Shown in pieces: positions 33,692 through 47,400 of a DNA stretch of 64,000 nucleotides. Position numbers and translations under genes: made by a program. The notes under the pieces were generated by a model that saw only the letters and a program-made list of their open reading frames with translations, was not told where the DNA came from and did no database searches. The DNA lies in the NCBI RefSeq assembly GCF_009914755.1, contig NC_060933.1. The stretch is one strand, 5' to 3'. The DNA comes from the human T2T-CHM13v2.0 reference genome, Homo sapiens. Each line of letters starts with the position of its first letter. The first letter of the stretch is position 1.

Positions 33692-33921
33692 CAGAGGTTC
33701 TCAACAATTGATTTTATTCCCCAGGGGACATTTGGCAATGTCTGGAGACAATTTTGGAACTTAGAGGCTGATGCTATTTTGGAACTTAGAGGCTTAGATG
33801 CTATTGGTGTTGTGGGCAGATGACAAGAGAGATTGCAAACGTTCTCCAATTCAGAAGGCAGCCTCCACAAAAAGAATTATTCAGTCCAAAGTGTTAATAG
33901 TGCTGTTATTGAGAAACCATG
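33692..33921 (+). mobile_element. MER20 with internal 25-bp tandem duplication
   Basis: cagaggttctcaac...ccaggggacatttggcaatgtctggagaca...ttgagaaaccatg. Confidence 0.85.
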
Positions 33922-34890
33922 CCCTAGAGAAGCAGCCTAGAACTTTGAGTTTTTCCTTTTTTTTTTTTCAATCAACTAATGAGAATAAATGTGGAGGAGA
34001 CGGGCAAAAATGTCAGCAGCCCCGTATGGTTTTCAAAATCATTTCAGATATTTGCTATTCACCAGTGTCAGCCAATGTGTTTATTTTTGAAAGGTCAGAA
34101 ATTTCATAGGGCCAGATTACTAAAATGGTTATTATTATTTTTTTGTTTTCAAGAGCTTATGTTAGTTATCTAGTATAGAGAAGTCTACCATAGAGATCCC
34201 TTTGTTCTGAGTACTGGACTTTTTCACTTACCAAAACTCTCCTACTCTATACGTTCTTCACCGTGATAATCCAAGAAGTCTGAATCCTCCCCATGGCTCT
34301 CCCCTGTTTCCATCCCCAGTCGGTGGGTTTCCCACAGGTCTCCAGTGTGCTTTGGAAGTAGGAACTCCTAACAGATTCACAGTTTGAACATGGTAGTCCT
34401 CTGAGCTGTTCAGTATTTTAAATCTCTCTGCAGTTAGTTATAATCATTCAACTCTTTTAGTCATTCTTCTAATGTCAGTATAGATAACTAAAAGATTGTA
34501 ATATTAGAAGACCTATTTCCCAGAGACCACAAAGACAATCTCATGGAAGTCCCACTGTAGTAAATAGAGTCTATTTTCTACCCAGCATCTGGTAGAGTAA
34601 TTCAGACATGTGTTTTGACAGTTTGCCTGAAAGTAACTTGACAAATAATTTTACTAAAGAATCCTAGAAAGTCAATGGCAACATTTTGTTCATTCTAAGT
34701 TGTTCAAGCCACGTCCTTAGATGTGGTTGATTCAAATTTCTTCAGAACTGGAAAAGCACAAGAGAATTAGTATTCCAGTAATAAGGAATCATGGATTGTG
34801 GCAGTCTTTTTAAAACATAAACTAGTTTAGCACATAAGTGGTGGCCTAGTACATTTTAAAGTGGAGTCCAAGGGAAGTTTCTTGAATTGC

Positions 34891-34957
34891 TGTAGTTCTT
34901 ATGGTGTTCTGCTGAAGCCGTGTAGATCTTATGGTGTTCTGCTGAAGCCGTGTAGAT
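34891..34957. repeat. 30-bp tandem duplication
   Basis: tgtag(t/a)tcttatggtgttctgctgaagccg twice plus tgtagat. Confidence 0.95.
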
Positions 34958-36076
34958 ATTGATCATGCTGCCTCCCACCACCACCCCCTTCATTCCAGAT
35001 CTGCTCAAAGACAACTTAGAAGGTCCTATCCTGGTCTCCTGTCTGAAACATATACTTTCTCTCCTCCCGCCCCCAGCCTGCCCATACTATTCCAATCCTT
35101 CTCTACCTATTATTCCTTTGTTTTGTTTTCAATATAAAAATCTTATCTATTTCTTTATACGTTAATCATCTATCACTCCCCACACACTACAATGTGTGCA
35201 TTCATTCCCTGAGTAACTGAAACCTAGAGGCCCGGGAGTCATTTTTGAAACTTCCTTTCCTTGGCTTTCTCCTCTAACTGCTCTTCCAATTCATCGGCTG
35301 GATTTGACTATTCTAATTCCAAATCTGTCTGGAACTCGTGTACCTCTCGCAGTGTCCACTGCTGTTGTTCTGGTCTGGGGCACAATCGACACTCATGCTC
35401 ACCGAACTGCAGCAGCCCCCTTCCTGCTGCTTATTTTGACCACACCTCTTTTTGAACCTATTCTGTACAAAGGAGCTGGAAAGAGTCAGTAAAAATACAG
35501 AGCATAGTGTTCATTGCCTTGCTTGGACAGGACCTGCCATATGTGTCTTCTCTATAGTATTGGCTGAATGCATAAACAGCGAGAAATAAATGTGTAGAGA
35601 GTAAATTGATAGAAAGCTGCCCTCAGTCATCTCCCATGGAGAGGGCTAGTGATGACTGGCGAAGGTCACAGAGCTACTATGTGTTAGATTTTGGACTAAA
35701 ATCCAGTTTTTCTGAGAACGGTCAAGAGTTTATTTATAGAAAACATGCTGCTTTATCTCTTAATTCCTTCTCACTCCCTGCAAATTAGTGGCATTTTAGT
35801 TTACTTAAATGCACAATTATTTTTAATTTTGATTGAAAAATTAATACTCATTTACTTCTGAAAACTATTTCTTTACCGAAGAGCATAGAGAAATAAGGGA
35901 GTAATTTATCAACCTACCATAGGTGGAATTTTTACTTTCATCTTTATACTTTCTTCTTCATTATTGTTTTTTTTAAAAAACGTAAGTATGCATTTATTTT
36001 TATAATCAGGAAATATGTGAAGTTATATAAATGTGTAATGAATTTCATTACTGGGAACTAACTGCTGGTGATATTT

Positions 36077-36111
36077 TACACTTGATTTTAGCCAAAAGGC
36101 CGAGAAGCGAT
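36077..36111 (-). pseudogene. 3'-truncated (nt 1-35) U2 snRNA retropseudogene
   Basis: Reverse complement ATCGCTTCTCGGCCTTTTGGCTAAAATCAAGTGTA equals U2 nt 1-35 with one mismatch; TSD gctggtgatatt at 36064-36075 and 36112-36123; no polyA. Confidence 0.95.
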
Positions 36112-37109
36112 GCTGGTGATATTCTAATGTACTATAACTTATTCTAATATTTCATGGGATTTATTTGCAATTAGTGTGATATAAATTTCCATAATGTATG
36201 GAAAGATATATTAGAAGATGCTAACCATGGGCTTAAGAAAGTAGATTTCATAATTTGAAACACGGCCCACACAATTAATAAATATAAGACATTTGGCACT
36301 CTACTTCTAATCTCTTGATTTTTTTTATAGCAACTGTCTTTAAGAACCCCAGCATATTCATGGATTTTTTAGAAACCTAATTATTTCCTAGAAAAATCCT
36401 TTGAAAAAGGAAAATTATATTTGACAGTTTTCTAAAGATTTTCTGTGCAGAAGTTGTATCTGGATATACATATAAAGCCCTGAAGTAATCTATACATTTT
36501 ATCGCTGGTCTTCAGATATGTTGGCAGAGTCGCTCGTGAAATATATGCTTGAAATTAATGTAATTACTCTGACATTTGTTATTTTAATAAGCATTCTTAG
36601 CTAATACATAGAGGAATACATTAAAGGAACTCTAACACCAAAATTATCCTTTCTTAATTAAATAAGAAGGACTGCAATTATTTAAAAAGTGTATGTCAAA
36701 TCTAAGTTGCCTTCAAATGTAATTTAATTTTCTGTTACTTACATTTTAAAATGGCCATAGCTTTTTTCGTTGTTCATCTTTCTTAATTCTTTAGGCACTA
36801 CTTACCCCCCAACTCCAGCAACCAAAATTAATCCTAATTTGCATCACAATAATTTAAAATAGATCAAAGAACCAATTTCATAGCCTAATTCAAAAGCATC
36901 ATGCGACCAATATGTAGTATTAATAAAACATATTTCTGGTTTTGCCAATCCAATTTTTTTTTTAATTAAGTGCTTAACACAGTGCCCAGCACAGAAAAAG
37001 CACTTGATACATGTTTGGTAATGTCTTTGTGACTGTCATTTTTACTAATGTTGTATATTGGTACTACTAAAGTCTAATGGGATGCTTGTATTATGGTGTG
37101 ATAATATAG

Positions 37110-37240
37110 TTAGGATGACCACTTGTCATGGCTGGCCTGTGAGAATCCTGTTTAATATCTATTGTTCCAGTTTTCTCCAACTTAACATTTTAGCACTCAA
37201 AAGTATGTGATGTGGAGGATAAATTTTATGGTCGCCAATC
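37110..37240. mobile_element. MER94/MER81-like hAT-Blackjack element
   Basis: Termini taggatgacca... and ...atggtcgcc. Confidence 0.5.
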
Positions 37241-37524
37241 CTTTATTGTAAAGAATCGTGATGCAAAGGCTCCAGTGTAGTCATCACTCATCTCTTGATT
37301 TAGGCATCTAAGCTATCCAGGCATCATCATGGGGGTGAGCAGCCTGAATGACAGTAAGCTTTCCAAGTATGGGGACATGCACTTAAGATAGGTATAGTTA
37401 TTCCAGTGCCAATCTCCTCTTACCTGCTGTATGTCAAGAATCAGGCAACATTTAGGAAATGAAACCACAAGTCTTTGTCTCTTTTTTTACCCTTTATCTC
37501 AAAATGGTTTTTACTTGGGATTTG

Positions 37525-37837
37525 TTTTTTTGTTTTTTGTTTTTTGTTTTTTTTTTTGAGACGGAGTGCCGCTCTGTCGCCCAGGCTGGAGTGCAGTGGC
37601 GCGACCTCGGCTCACTGCAAGCTCTGCCTCCCAGGTTCACACCATTCTCCTGCCTCACCTCCCGGGTAGCTGGGACTACAGGCGCCCGCCACTACGCCTG
37701 GCTAATTTTTTGTATTTTTAGTAGAGACAGGGTTTCACTGTGTTAGCCAGGATGATCTCAATCTCCTGACCTCATGATCCACCCGCCTCGGCCTCCCAAA
37801 GTGCTGGGATTACAGGTGTGAGCCACGGTGCCTGGCC
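37525..37837 (-). mobile_element. AluY
   Basis: Y diagnostics gcaagctc..., ttcacaccattctcc, ttagccaggatg; CpG-rich. Confidence 0.96.
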
Positions 37838-37993
37838 TTTAGTTGAGATTTGATTATGAATGAAAATGTAAAGAAATTTGCTAGATGTGTCCATCTTTTC
37901 ATGTGGCAGACAATATGGACTAGATATATGGTGGTCAAAATTATGTTTGTGGGTATAGCCTAATAGCCTAAACCAATGACACTTATGTGGCAG

Positions 37994-38299
37994 TTTTATT
38001 TATTTATTTTTTCTTTTTAAGACAGGGCCTCACTCTGTTGCCCAGTCTGGAATGCAGTGGTGCAATCTCAGCTCACTGAAACCTCCGCCTCCTGGGTTCA
38101 AATGATCCTCCTGCCTAAACCTCCTGAGTAGCTGAGATTACAGGCATGAGCCACCATGCCCAACTAATTTTTGTATTTTTAGTAGAGATGGTGCTTTACC
38201 ATGTTGGCTAGGCTTGTTTTAACTCCTGACCTCAAGTGATCCACCTGCCTTGGCCTCCCAAAATGCTGGGATAGCAGGCGTGAGCCACTACGCCCAGCC
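37994..38299 (-). mobile_element. Alu (AluSx/Sz-like)
   Basis: Full dimer. Confidence 0.95.
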
Positions 38300-38414
38300 T
38301 CACCCTGGACTTTATGACAATGCCAAATATATGCACTGTGTCAAAAACAGTCCTCTTCACTGTCCTCCAGTAGAAAAAGCTCAATAATGGGTCTACAAAC
38401 TCCTGGATTTAGTC

Positions 38415-38580
38415 CAGGCTATGTAATTTGTGGAACTTAGTGCCAAAAGTAGGGTCCTTTGTTCAAAAATTATTAAGAATTTCCAGATGGCAACAGTGGA
38501 ACAGTCAATGAAGCACAGGATCCTTCTGTCCCCAAGGTCCTGAACAACTGCAGAAACCTTGTGCCCGTGCATTCATCCCT
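38415..38580. mobile_element. MER91-like hAT element
   Basis: taatttgtgg...gggtcctttgttcaaaaattattaagaatttc.agatggcaacag. Confidence 0.6.
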
Positions 38581-38689
38581 CCTTCTTGGATCCTTTACCT
38601 GTTGATCTCCTTCGTTTTCTTTCCAGACAACAATTATGGACAACTTATTATTAATATATGTGAGCCACTGTGTTCACTATCGGAAATAA

Positions 38690-39023
<334 letters not shown>

Positions 39024-41650
39024 CCAGATCTTAGATTTTGGTGATTAAGGACTTCACGAAGTAGATGAAATAACACCCAGAATTTGGCTGGTTTATTTTC
39101 TCCTTAAGATGCTCAGCTGTGATTTTCTGTATATTAGTCTCAAGCTGCAAATTCTCTATTCCAGGATCTTATGATCTGTGTCCTAACTACATATTATAGG
39201 GCCCCAGTGGTCCCTATGCCTCTGGTTCTATTGTCATCACACACTTCCTGTTTCATTCCTATAGACAGATTTATTCATGACTAGGGAACAGATTATGCTA
39301 GTAAAGGTGTTGGTTAACATGAGTTTAAGGCAAGAACTTAAACGTAAATATCTCTAGGGATTGGACAGGCAATATGCCTTAAATAGTAAAGCTATCAGGT
39401 AGGGATTGACTGCATGCCTGCAGAGGAAACTGCTGCCTATTTAGCCACAGAAGATTATTGCCATGTAAAAATGTGAGTATGGTTTGTCACATATTTTTAA
39501 AGAAAAGTCAGAAATCCAAAAATTTGTATGAAATTTTTAAACATTTTATATTGTCAATTCAATTTTTAAAAAGACTCAATATAGGCAGAGAAAAATAACT
39601 ACAGCCCAAGGTTAAGCCAAGAAGTATTGTTTTTCTACTTTTTCTTCGTAGTCAGATTTGTTCAGATATAATTCAGATGTAATAAATAAACCCTTTAAGT
39701 TCTATGAGTTTTAACAAACACCTACATTAGTGTGACAATCACTGTAGACAAGATATAGAATAATTCTCTCGTCTCCCCTCCAAAATTCTCTCAAGCCTCT
39801 TTGTGGTTAATTCTCCTAGCTCCTGACAATCGCTAATAAATTTCCTGTCTATAGTTTTGCCTTTTCAAGAGTGTCAAATAAATGGAACACTACTGTATGT
39901 AGCCTTTTGAGACAGGCTTCTTTCACTGAGCACAAATAATTTGACTTATTCACGTTGTTATATGTATTTAGATTGTTTCTATCTAATTTTCAAAGGTTTT
40001 TTCCTTCCTTTCTTCTCCTTTCCTCCCTCCTTCCTTCCTTTCTTTTTTTCTTCTTCCTCCTTTTATTCTGCCTTTTTTCTCTCCTTCCAACTTTCCCGCT
40101 TTTTTAGATATCACATGTACAGAAGTAGATTAATCTTGATGTTTATTTCATAACATACTCTCATTTGGGCCCATGCATGGCTTGTATTTCAATAGCTCTA
40201 TTGAGATAAAACTCATATACATTCACATGGAGAAACAGCCCTGTGGAGGGAAAGAAATTGATATGCAGTAAACTACACATACTCATTTACAACTTGAAAA
40301 GTTTGCCATATGTATACACAATGAAACCATCAACACTTTCAAGGTAATAACATATCTCAGTTTCCTTGTGTCTTTATGTTATTCTTCCCTCCTTCCATCT
40401 GATCTGCTTTGTGTCACTGCATTTTCTAGAATTTTATGTAAATTAAATCATATAGCATGTGCTCTTTTTTTTGTCTGGCTTCTTTCATGCAGCACAATTA
40501 TTTTGCCATTCATATCAGTTTTTGTGTGTATCAATAGTTCATTCTGTATTATTACAAATTAGCATTCAATTACATGAATACATTGCAATTTATTCATTTG
40601 TGAATGGACATTGCATTATTTCCAGTTTTGGCTGTGACAAAGATTCATGTGGAAGTCTGTATAGGGACATATGCTTTCATTTCTCTTGGGTAAATGTCTT
40701 AGAGTAGAATGCCTAAGTCATATGGTAGATGTATGTTTAACTTTTAAAGAAATTGCCAAATTGTTGTCCAAAGTGTGTACCATTTTACATTCCTGGCAGC
40801 AGTGTATGAGAGTTCTAGTTCTTCACCATCCCCCTTCCAACACTTGCTATAGTCAGTCTTGCAATTTTAGCCATTTTAATAAATGTGTAGTGATATCTCA
40901 CTGTTGTTTTAATTTGCATTTCCCTAGTGTCTAGTTATGTTGTGTCTTTACTTTTGTTTATTTGCTATCATTATCTTCCTTGGTCAAATATCTGTTTAAT
41001 AATTGATACATTTTTTATTGGACTGTTTGTTTTCTTATTAGTAACTTTGGAGAGTGCTATATATATTCTGGATACAAATCCTTTAACAAATGTATGATTT
41101 GCAAATATTTTCTCCCAGTCTGTGATTGTCTTTTCATTCTCCTAGCAGTCTTTTGAAGAGCAGATGCTCTTAATTTTATAAAGTTCACTTTATGTTTTTT
41201 TTTATTTTGTGGATTGGACATTTGGTGTTATATCTAAAAAAAAATCTGCCTAACCCATAGCCTTATGTGTTTTCTTCTAGAAGTTTTATAGTTTTAGGTT
41301 TTACATTTGGGTCTATGGTCCATTTTGAGTTAATTTTTGTATATGGTATAAGATGCAGATTGAAGATTTTTTTTTAATATGTGGAAAACTGATTGTTCCA
41401 GCACTATTTATTGAAAAGACTAATTTCTCCATTAAATTGTCTTTGTACCTTTGTTGTGAATCATTTGCCTATATATGTGTGAGTCTATTTCTGAATTCTC
41501 TTTTCTGTTTCAGTGATTCATCTATGTTGATGCCAATGCTACACTGTCCTGATAACTGTAGTTAATAAAGTCTTAAAGTTAGGTAGTAAAAGTCTGCTAT
41601 TTTCTTCCTTTTCAAGGTTGCATTTTCCTATTCCAAGTAATTTGCATTAA

Positions 41651-42938
41651 TCAAAAAGTACATGGAAAATGTGTATTATAACAAAAGGTATGGAATTTTA
41701 AAATTTTCAAAATTCTTTTGCATCAAAGTAAATGTGTACTAACTTGTTATAATATGTGTGAACAGGAGCTAGTTTGAGGCACTAAAAAGGATAAATCATC
41801 AATTTAAAAACAGCCCCTATCAGAGCAACATGAATTCTGATAAAATTGAAGCAAGAACAAATATCAAATTTATCGTGAAGCGTGGGTGAAAAAAGGGTGA
41901 AATCATTGATGCTTTATGAAAAATTTATGGGGAAAATGTCACATTATCAAACAGATAACTCATTTTAAGAACAGATGATATGATGTTGAAGTCGAAGCCC
42001 ACAGCAGCAGACCATCCACATTAATTGATAGGAAAAAAATTCATCTTGTTTGTGTCTTAATTGAAGAGCACTGATGATTAACAGCACAAGTAATAGCCAC
42101 AACCATATACACCTCAACTGGCTCAGCTTACACAATTCTGACTGAAAAATTAAAATTGGCCAAAGTTTCCACTCTATGGGTGCCAAAACCATTGTGCCCA
42201 GATCAGCTGCAGGCAAGAGTAGAGCTTTTGACGGAAATTTTAAACAAGTGGGATCAAGGTCCAGAAAGATTTCTTAAAAGAACATTAATAGGAGATGAAA
42301 CATGGATTATCAGTATGACCCTGAAGCCAAAGCACAATCAAAACAATGGCTACCAAGAGGTGGAAGTGGCCCAGTCAAAATAAGAGCAGACCAGTCAAGA
42401 GCAAAGATCATGGCAACAGTTTTTTGGATGTTCAAGGCACTTTTCTTGACTTTCTGGAGGGTCAAAGAACAATAATATCTCTCATTATGGGAGTGTTTTG
42501 AGAAAGTCAAAGCGTTAGCAGAAAAACGTCTGGCAAAGCCTCACCACAGAGTCCTTCTCCACCATGACAATGTTCCTGTTCATTGTCACGAAACAAGCTC
42601 TCACGAAATAAAGCTCTAATTTTGCAAGAATTTCAATGGGAAATCATTAGGCAGCCACCTTACAGTCTTGATTTGGTTTCTTCTGACTTTTTGTTTTCTA
42701 ATCTTAAAATAATCTTTAAGGGGCACCCATTTTTCCTTAGTTAATAATGTAAAAAAGACTGCATTGACATAATTCAATTCCCAGGGTCTTCATTTCTTAA
42801 GGAATGGACTATTTGGCCGGTATCATTGCTTACAAAAGTGTCTTAAACTTGATGGAGCTTATATTGAGAAATAAAGTTTATATTTTTCATTTTAATCTTT
42901 TAATTATATTTTTCCACAAAATTTTTGAAGTCCTCTCA
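41651..42938 (+). mobile_element. HSMAR2 mariner transposon, near full length, inactive
   Basis: Left TIR remnant tcaaaaagtacatggaaaatg; right TIR ttttccacaaaatttttgaagtcctctca; transposase remnant 41830-42874 (MNSDKIEARTNIKF, WVPKPL, GDETW, HDN, YSLDL..SDF) with stops and frameshifts. Confidence 0.95.
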
Positions 42939-43524
42939 CATATATAAATTTTTGGAATCAGCTTATCAAGTCATGTACATTTACTGCTATATCACACTCT
43001 GTTTTGTGAATATTCCAAAATTATAGTCTATGATTTATATTGTTGTGACTATTGCATAATTTACATATCAATGTACTGATGATCATATTTTGCAATATTT
43101 TTGTTATTGTTATTCTATTATGAACAGTGCTACTAATATAAATAGTATTTGCCACCTCATACACAGGTGCAAGTTTATTGTAATAGTCTTAGTATTAAAT
43201 TTTCTGAGTCATAGTTTAGCAAAAGCTCAACTTTTCACAGGATATTGCTGGATTGTTCTCCAAAGTAGCTAAGTTATACTCCTATTAGCCGTATATGAGA
43301 GATTCTAATCATCTTCATTCTTCAACATTTACTATTTTCAGACTTACTAATTTTGCCAGAAAAAATACATGACAATTCATACCCGTACCTGTAGTGGTCT
43401 TGATTTCCATTTACTCAGAAGACATTGGACTTTTCTTCTTATGTTTATGGGCTATATTTTCCCTTCTTTTATGATATTACTGTTCATGTTTTTGCTCATC
43501 TTATTGGGTTATGGGCCATTTTAT

Positions 43525-44117
<593 letters not shown>

Positions 44118-45503
44118 TTAGTTTTCTTTGAAACCTCTTTTAATGAATAGAAATTTTTTTATTTTAATGTAGTTTAATTCATCTATTTTTCTTTTTTAAT
44201 TGTCTTCAGTTTCTTTAGTCTTGTTTTCATAATCTTCTGGATATGAGTCTTGCAAAACATCTTTTGTTAATTTTCTCATGGTTTTTGTTATAATAGTATT
44301 TAGAGTTATTTTATATATTTATGGTTAATATAAATCAAATTGCATGTTGTTCTTGCTCTAAATTACAGATTCAATAATTTGCAACAAAACCTTATCTCTT
44401 TGTAAGTCCTTAAGTTAATTAAGTACTCTGGATATCTTCACATATAAATACTTGTATCAGCTGTCTTCTCTCTTACTACTCCAATTAAAATCCAGTATCT
44501 AGAATAGGGAAAAACCAGGTGAACATCACCCTTACAGAGATTTATTTTAAGACATAATTTAGGGTGTGCTCCATACTGCCTTGGCTATGTACTAGTCTAT
44601 ATATTCTAGAAGGGTCATATATGTGCACAAATTGATTTGTGTAGCCAAAAGCTGCTCCAGTATAAATGTGCCACCAGGATCCATTTCAAAACATTGCTTC
44701 CTCTTGCCAAGGTTAGTGCAGCTATGCTTGCTATCACTCAAGTAACCAGAGAATGCCAGCGTCCGTACTCTCAAAAAGACAGCCTTTTCTGCACCATTAC
44801 AATTGGTGTCTTTTGTCCCTTTCTTTTCACTGATGGAAATCTTTTTTATCATTCCAATCAAAGATCACTACCTTCCTAGGAGAAGTTTCAATAGAAAGAA
44901 AAAAATGTTATACTTCCTCAGAAAAATAGCACTTTCTTCATATAGCAAGTTTTACTTTCAGAAAAGTTGAGAAAATAAATACTATGCCCCCAGGTTTCCC
45001 GTTATTGGAGATTGATTGCTATGTTGAATGTGCTATAGCTTTGCTGCTTAAACCCAAACGCCAAGTGCAGGAGTATCTTCTTTACTAACGCATTTAATTT
45101 ACCAAGCACACTTAGTGGCTGGTATTTCTTACCTTTCTAAGGGTGCACTCACTTACACTGCCCTCAATATATGTAATTAGGATAAAACCATAGAATGGAA
45201 GGCATTAAAAATGAGGCAGGAAAGCACAGGCAGAGTGGGATGAAGCCAGCTTTGCTCTGAATAGGACTTATATGATCAGTTTAGTTTTATTCCAAACATG
45301 AACCCCAAATTCAACCCCTTTGACCTGAGTACTCCGTCCCTTAAATGGCAAACTAAACATTCGTGAAAATTTAATGGTGAGGAAATGAGTACCTTCTTAA
45401 GTTTCAGATGGTGAAATGGCACCAGGGGAGCACTTTCAGTGGCAGGCAGAAGTGTGTGGATGTGCTAGATCAAACCTGAAATATTTGTTCCTTCATCCTG
45501 CAG

Positions 45504-45571
45504 TCCCTCTCCAAACTAGCCAGCCACTGAGACCTTCTGACAGGACACCCCCAGGATGTCACCCAAAAAAG
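45504..45571 (+). other. Candidate exon C (68 nt)
   Basis: Acceptor tttgttccttcatcctgcAG|TCC; donor AAAG|GTATTT; unique sequence. Confidence 0.5.
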
Positions 45572-47400
45572 GTATTTACAAAATCAAGACTGTCTGTAGG
45601 ACACTATGTCTTTCTGAGAGGTATAAAGGTATTTGAAAACTTTGGAAAGTTTGTTTTACAATTTTTGTTCCCTCTTTTGGGGCTTTCCCTTTTTCATTTT
45701 TTTCTGTGGGTAGTTTCCCTTTGTTTCCTGAGAAATTGAGAAGGGTTTAATATCTCTCCACCTTCTTCTCTTTTATGGATGAATGATTTCACCAACTGGT
45801 AAGTGCTAAAACTGACCTCGCTTTCACTCAGAAAGACAATGGAGGAAAGGAAAATGCACTGAGATTTCAGCATAGCAACTCAAATGCGGGCTTTATTCCA
45901 CAGCAGTGACCTATTGTCAGATTGGTGTGTGAGACAGTTTTTGAAAGGGGATGTGTTCTGCTTCCGTTTATGAGTTAAGCAAAGTTCTAAATTAAGTTGA
46001 GAAGAGGAAGCAGGTAAAGTCAGGGATAGCAGAGAAAGGAGACATCAAACCCTATTGTTGTAGGATATTTATGTGAAGGAATGAGCAACGTGATAAAACA
46101 CATTTTTGCTTGCTGTGACTTGCCATAGGGTGCATTTTCAGTACTGTGTGGATAATGTGTGGCATGTTCATTCATCAGTCATTCTGTGACATTTATGTAG
46201 CTTACACTTGGATCTATTTTCAACAACATTTCAGTTCCCTAAAGACAAACTGGCAGAATTTTCAAATAGGAAAAACCTGGACACACACATTTGCTTTTCT
46301 GTATAGACTGTCTAGTCCAGATAATCTTGCTATCAGTCATTTTGTTAGCTTACTCATTTAATCTTAGAATGGAAAGTGGAAACAGAGACCTCATTTAGAG
46401 ATAATCTAGTAAAGCCATCCAGCTTCAGGCTCATATCTTGGGAATCTGAGCAGTACCCTATTTAATATGCTCATTTTATTAACTTTAAACACCTGGAGAA
46501 CATCATTATTGAGAAGGTCATTGCTTTTGAAAAAACAAAAACAAAACAACCACTTCTTATGAGGCTCTACACATCTTTCCAAAGAAGCTATTGGAAATGG
46601 CCCAAACTTTCATATTAACTCTTAACAGGGTGGCGTGGTTTTTCATTAGTAAGAACAGGATTCAAATCTTATGGAAGATGGTAGATTTCAACACCTTAGC
46701 ATTTTTCTCAACCCTGGGATCTTCAAGTTCCTCAGGCTATTTAGGTAGTTATAGTGCTGGCAAACTTTTTAAGTGCCCAGTAGTTTTTACAAAAACTTGT
46801 AATAAATCTGCTCAGGCTATCTTAATTGCCAACCATCTCATTAAGCAAGTCAAATTAGAATGGATTATTCCTGCTGTTTATTAGTGCTGCATATTATTTA
46901 TCATTTATTAACCTTATTGTGCTCACATAGCAGGTATTTTAAAGTTTAACAGCTTTATTTTAATTATGAATGTAATATATGCTGTTGCAGAAAATATGTA
47001 AACTTTAGAGAAAATGTACTAAATGATGCACTGATGAAAATACAGAATCCCACCACAAAAATATTATTATCAACATTTGGGTATTCTCTTCCAAACTTTT
47101 TATATGAGAGTTATGTTTGGTTTATACATAATAAAATGGGTAAAAATCAATAAATAGAAAGCAAATGTTTTTAAGGCAGTACTTGGGCTTCATAAGAATG
47201 GAAAAAAATGATAGACTTGCCTGGTGTGGTTTGCATAATGTCACAGAATCATAACAATAGCTCCATTATTGAGTGTCTATTATGTGCCAGGTTCTGTACA
47301 ATGTTCAGTGATGCGTCACTGTGATGACTAGAGGTAAAGGAAAGATAAGTGATGCCTTACTATGATGACTTCCAACAAGCTATGAAGGGACAGAACAAGC

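Noticed and set aside
34891-34957. CRISPR-like or other spacer array
   Set aside because: Adjacent duplication without spacers, in eukaryotic DNA; no array is present in the window.
42156-42383. 75-aa ORF as an active or domesticated transposase
   Set aside because: It is only a fragment between stops and frameshifts of a decayed HSMAR2.
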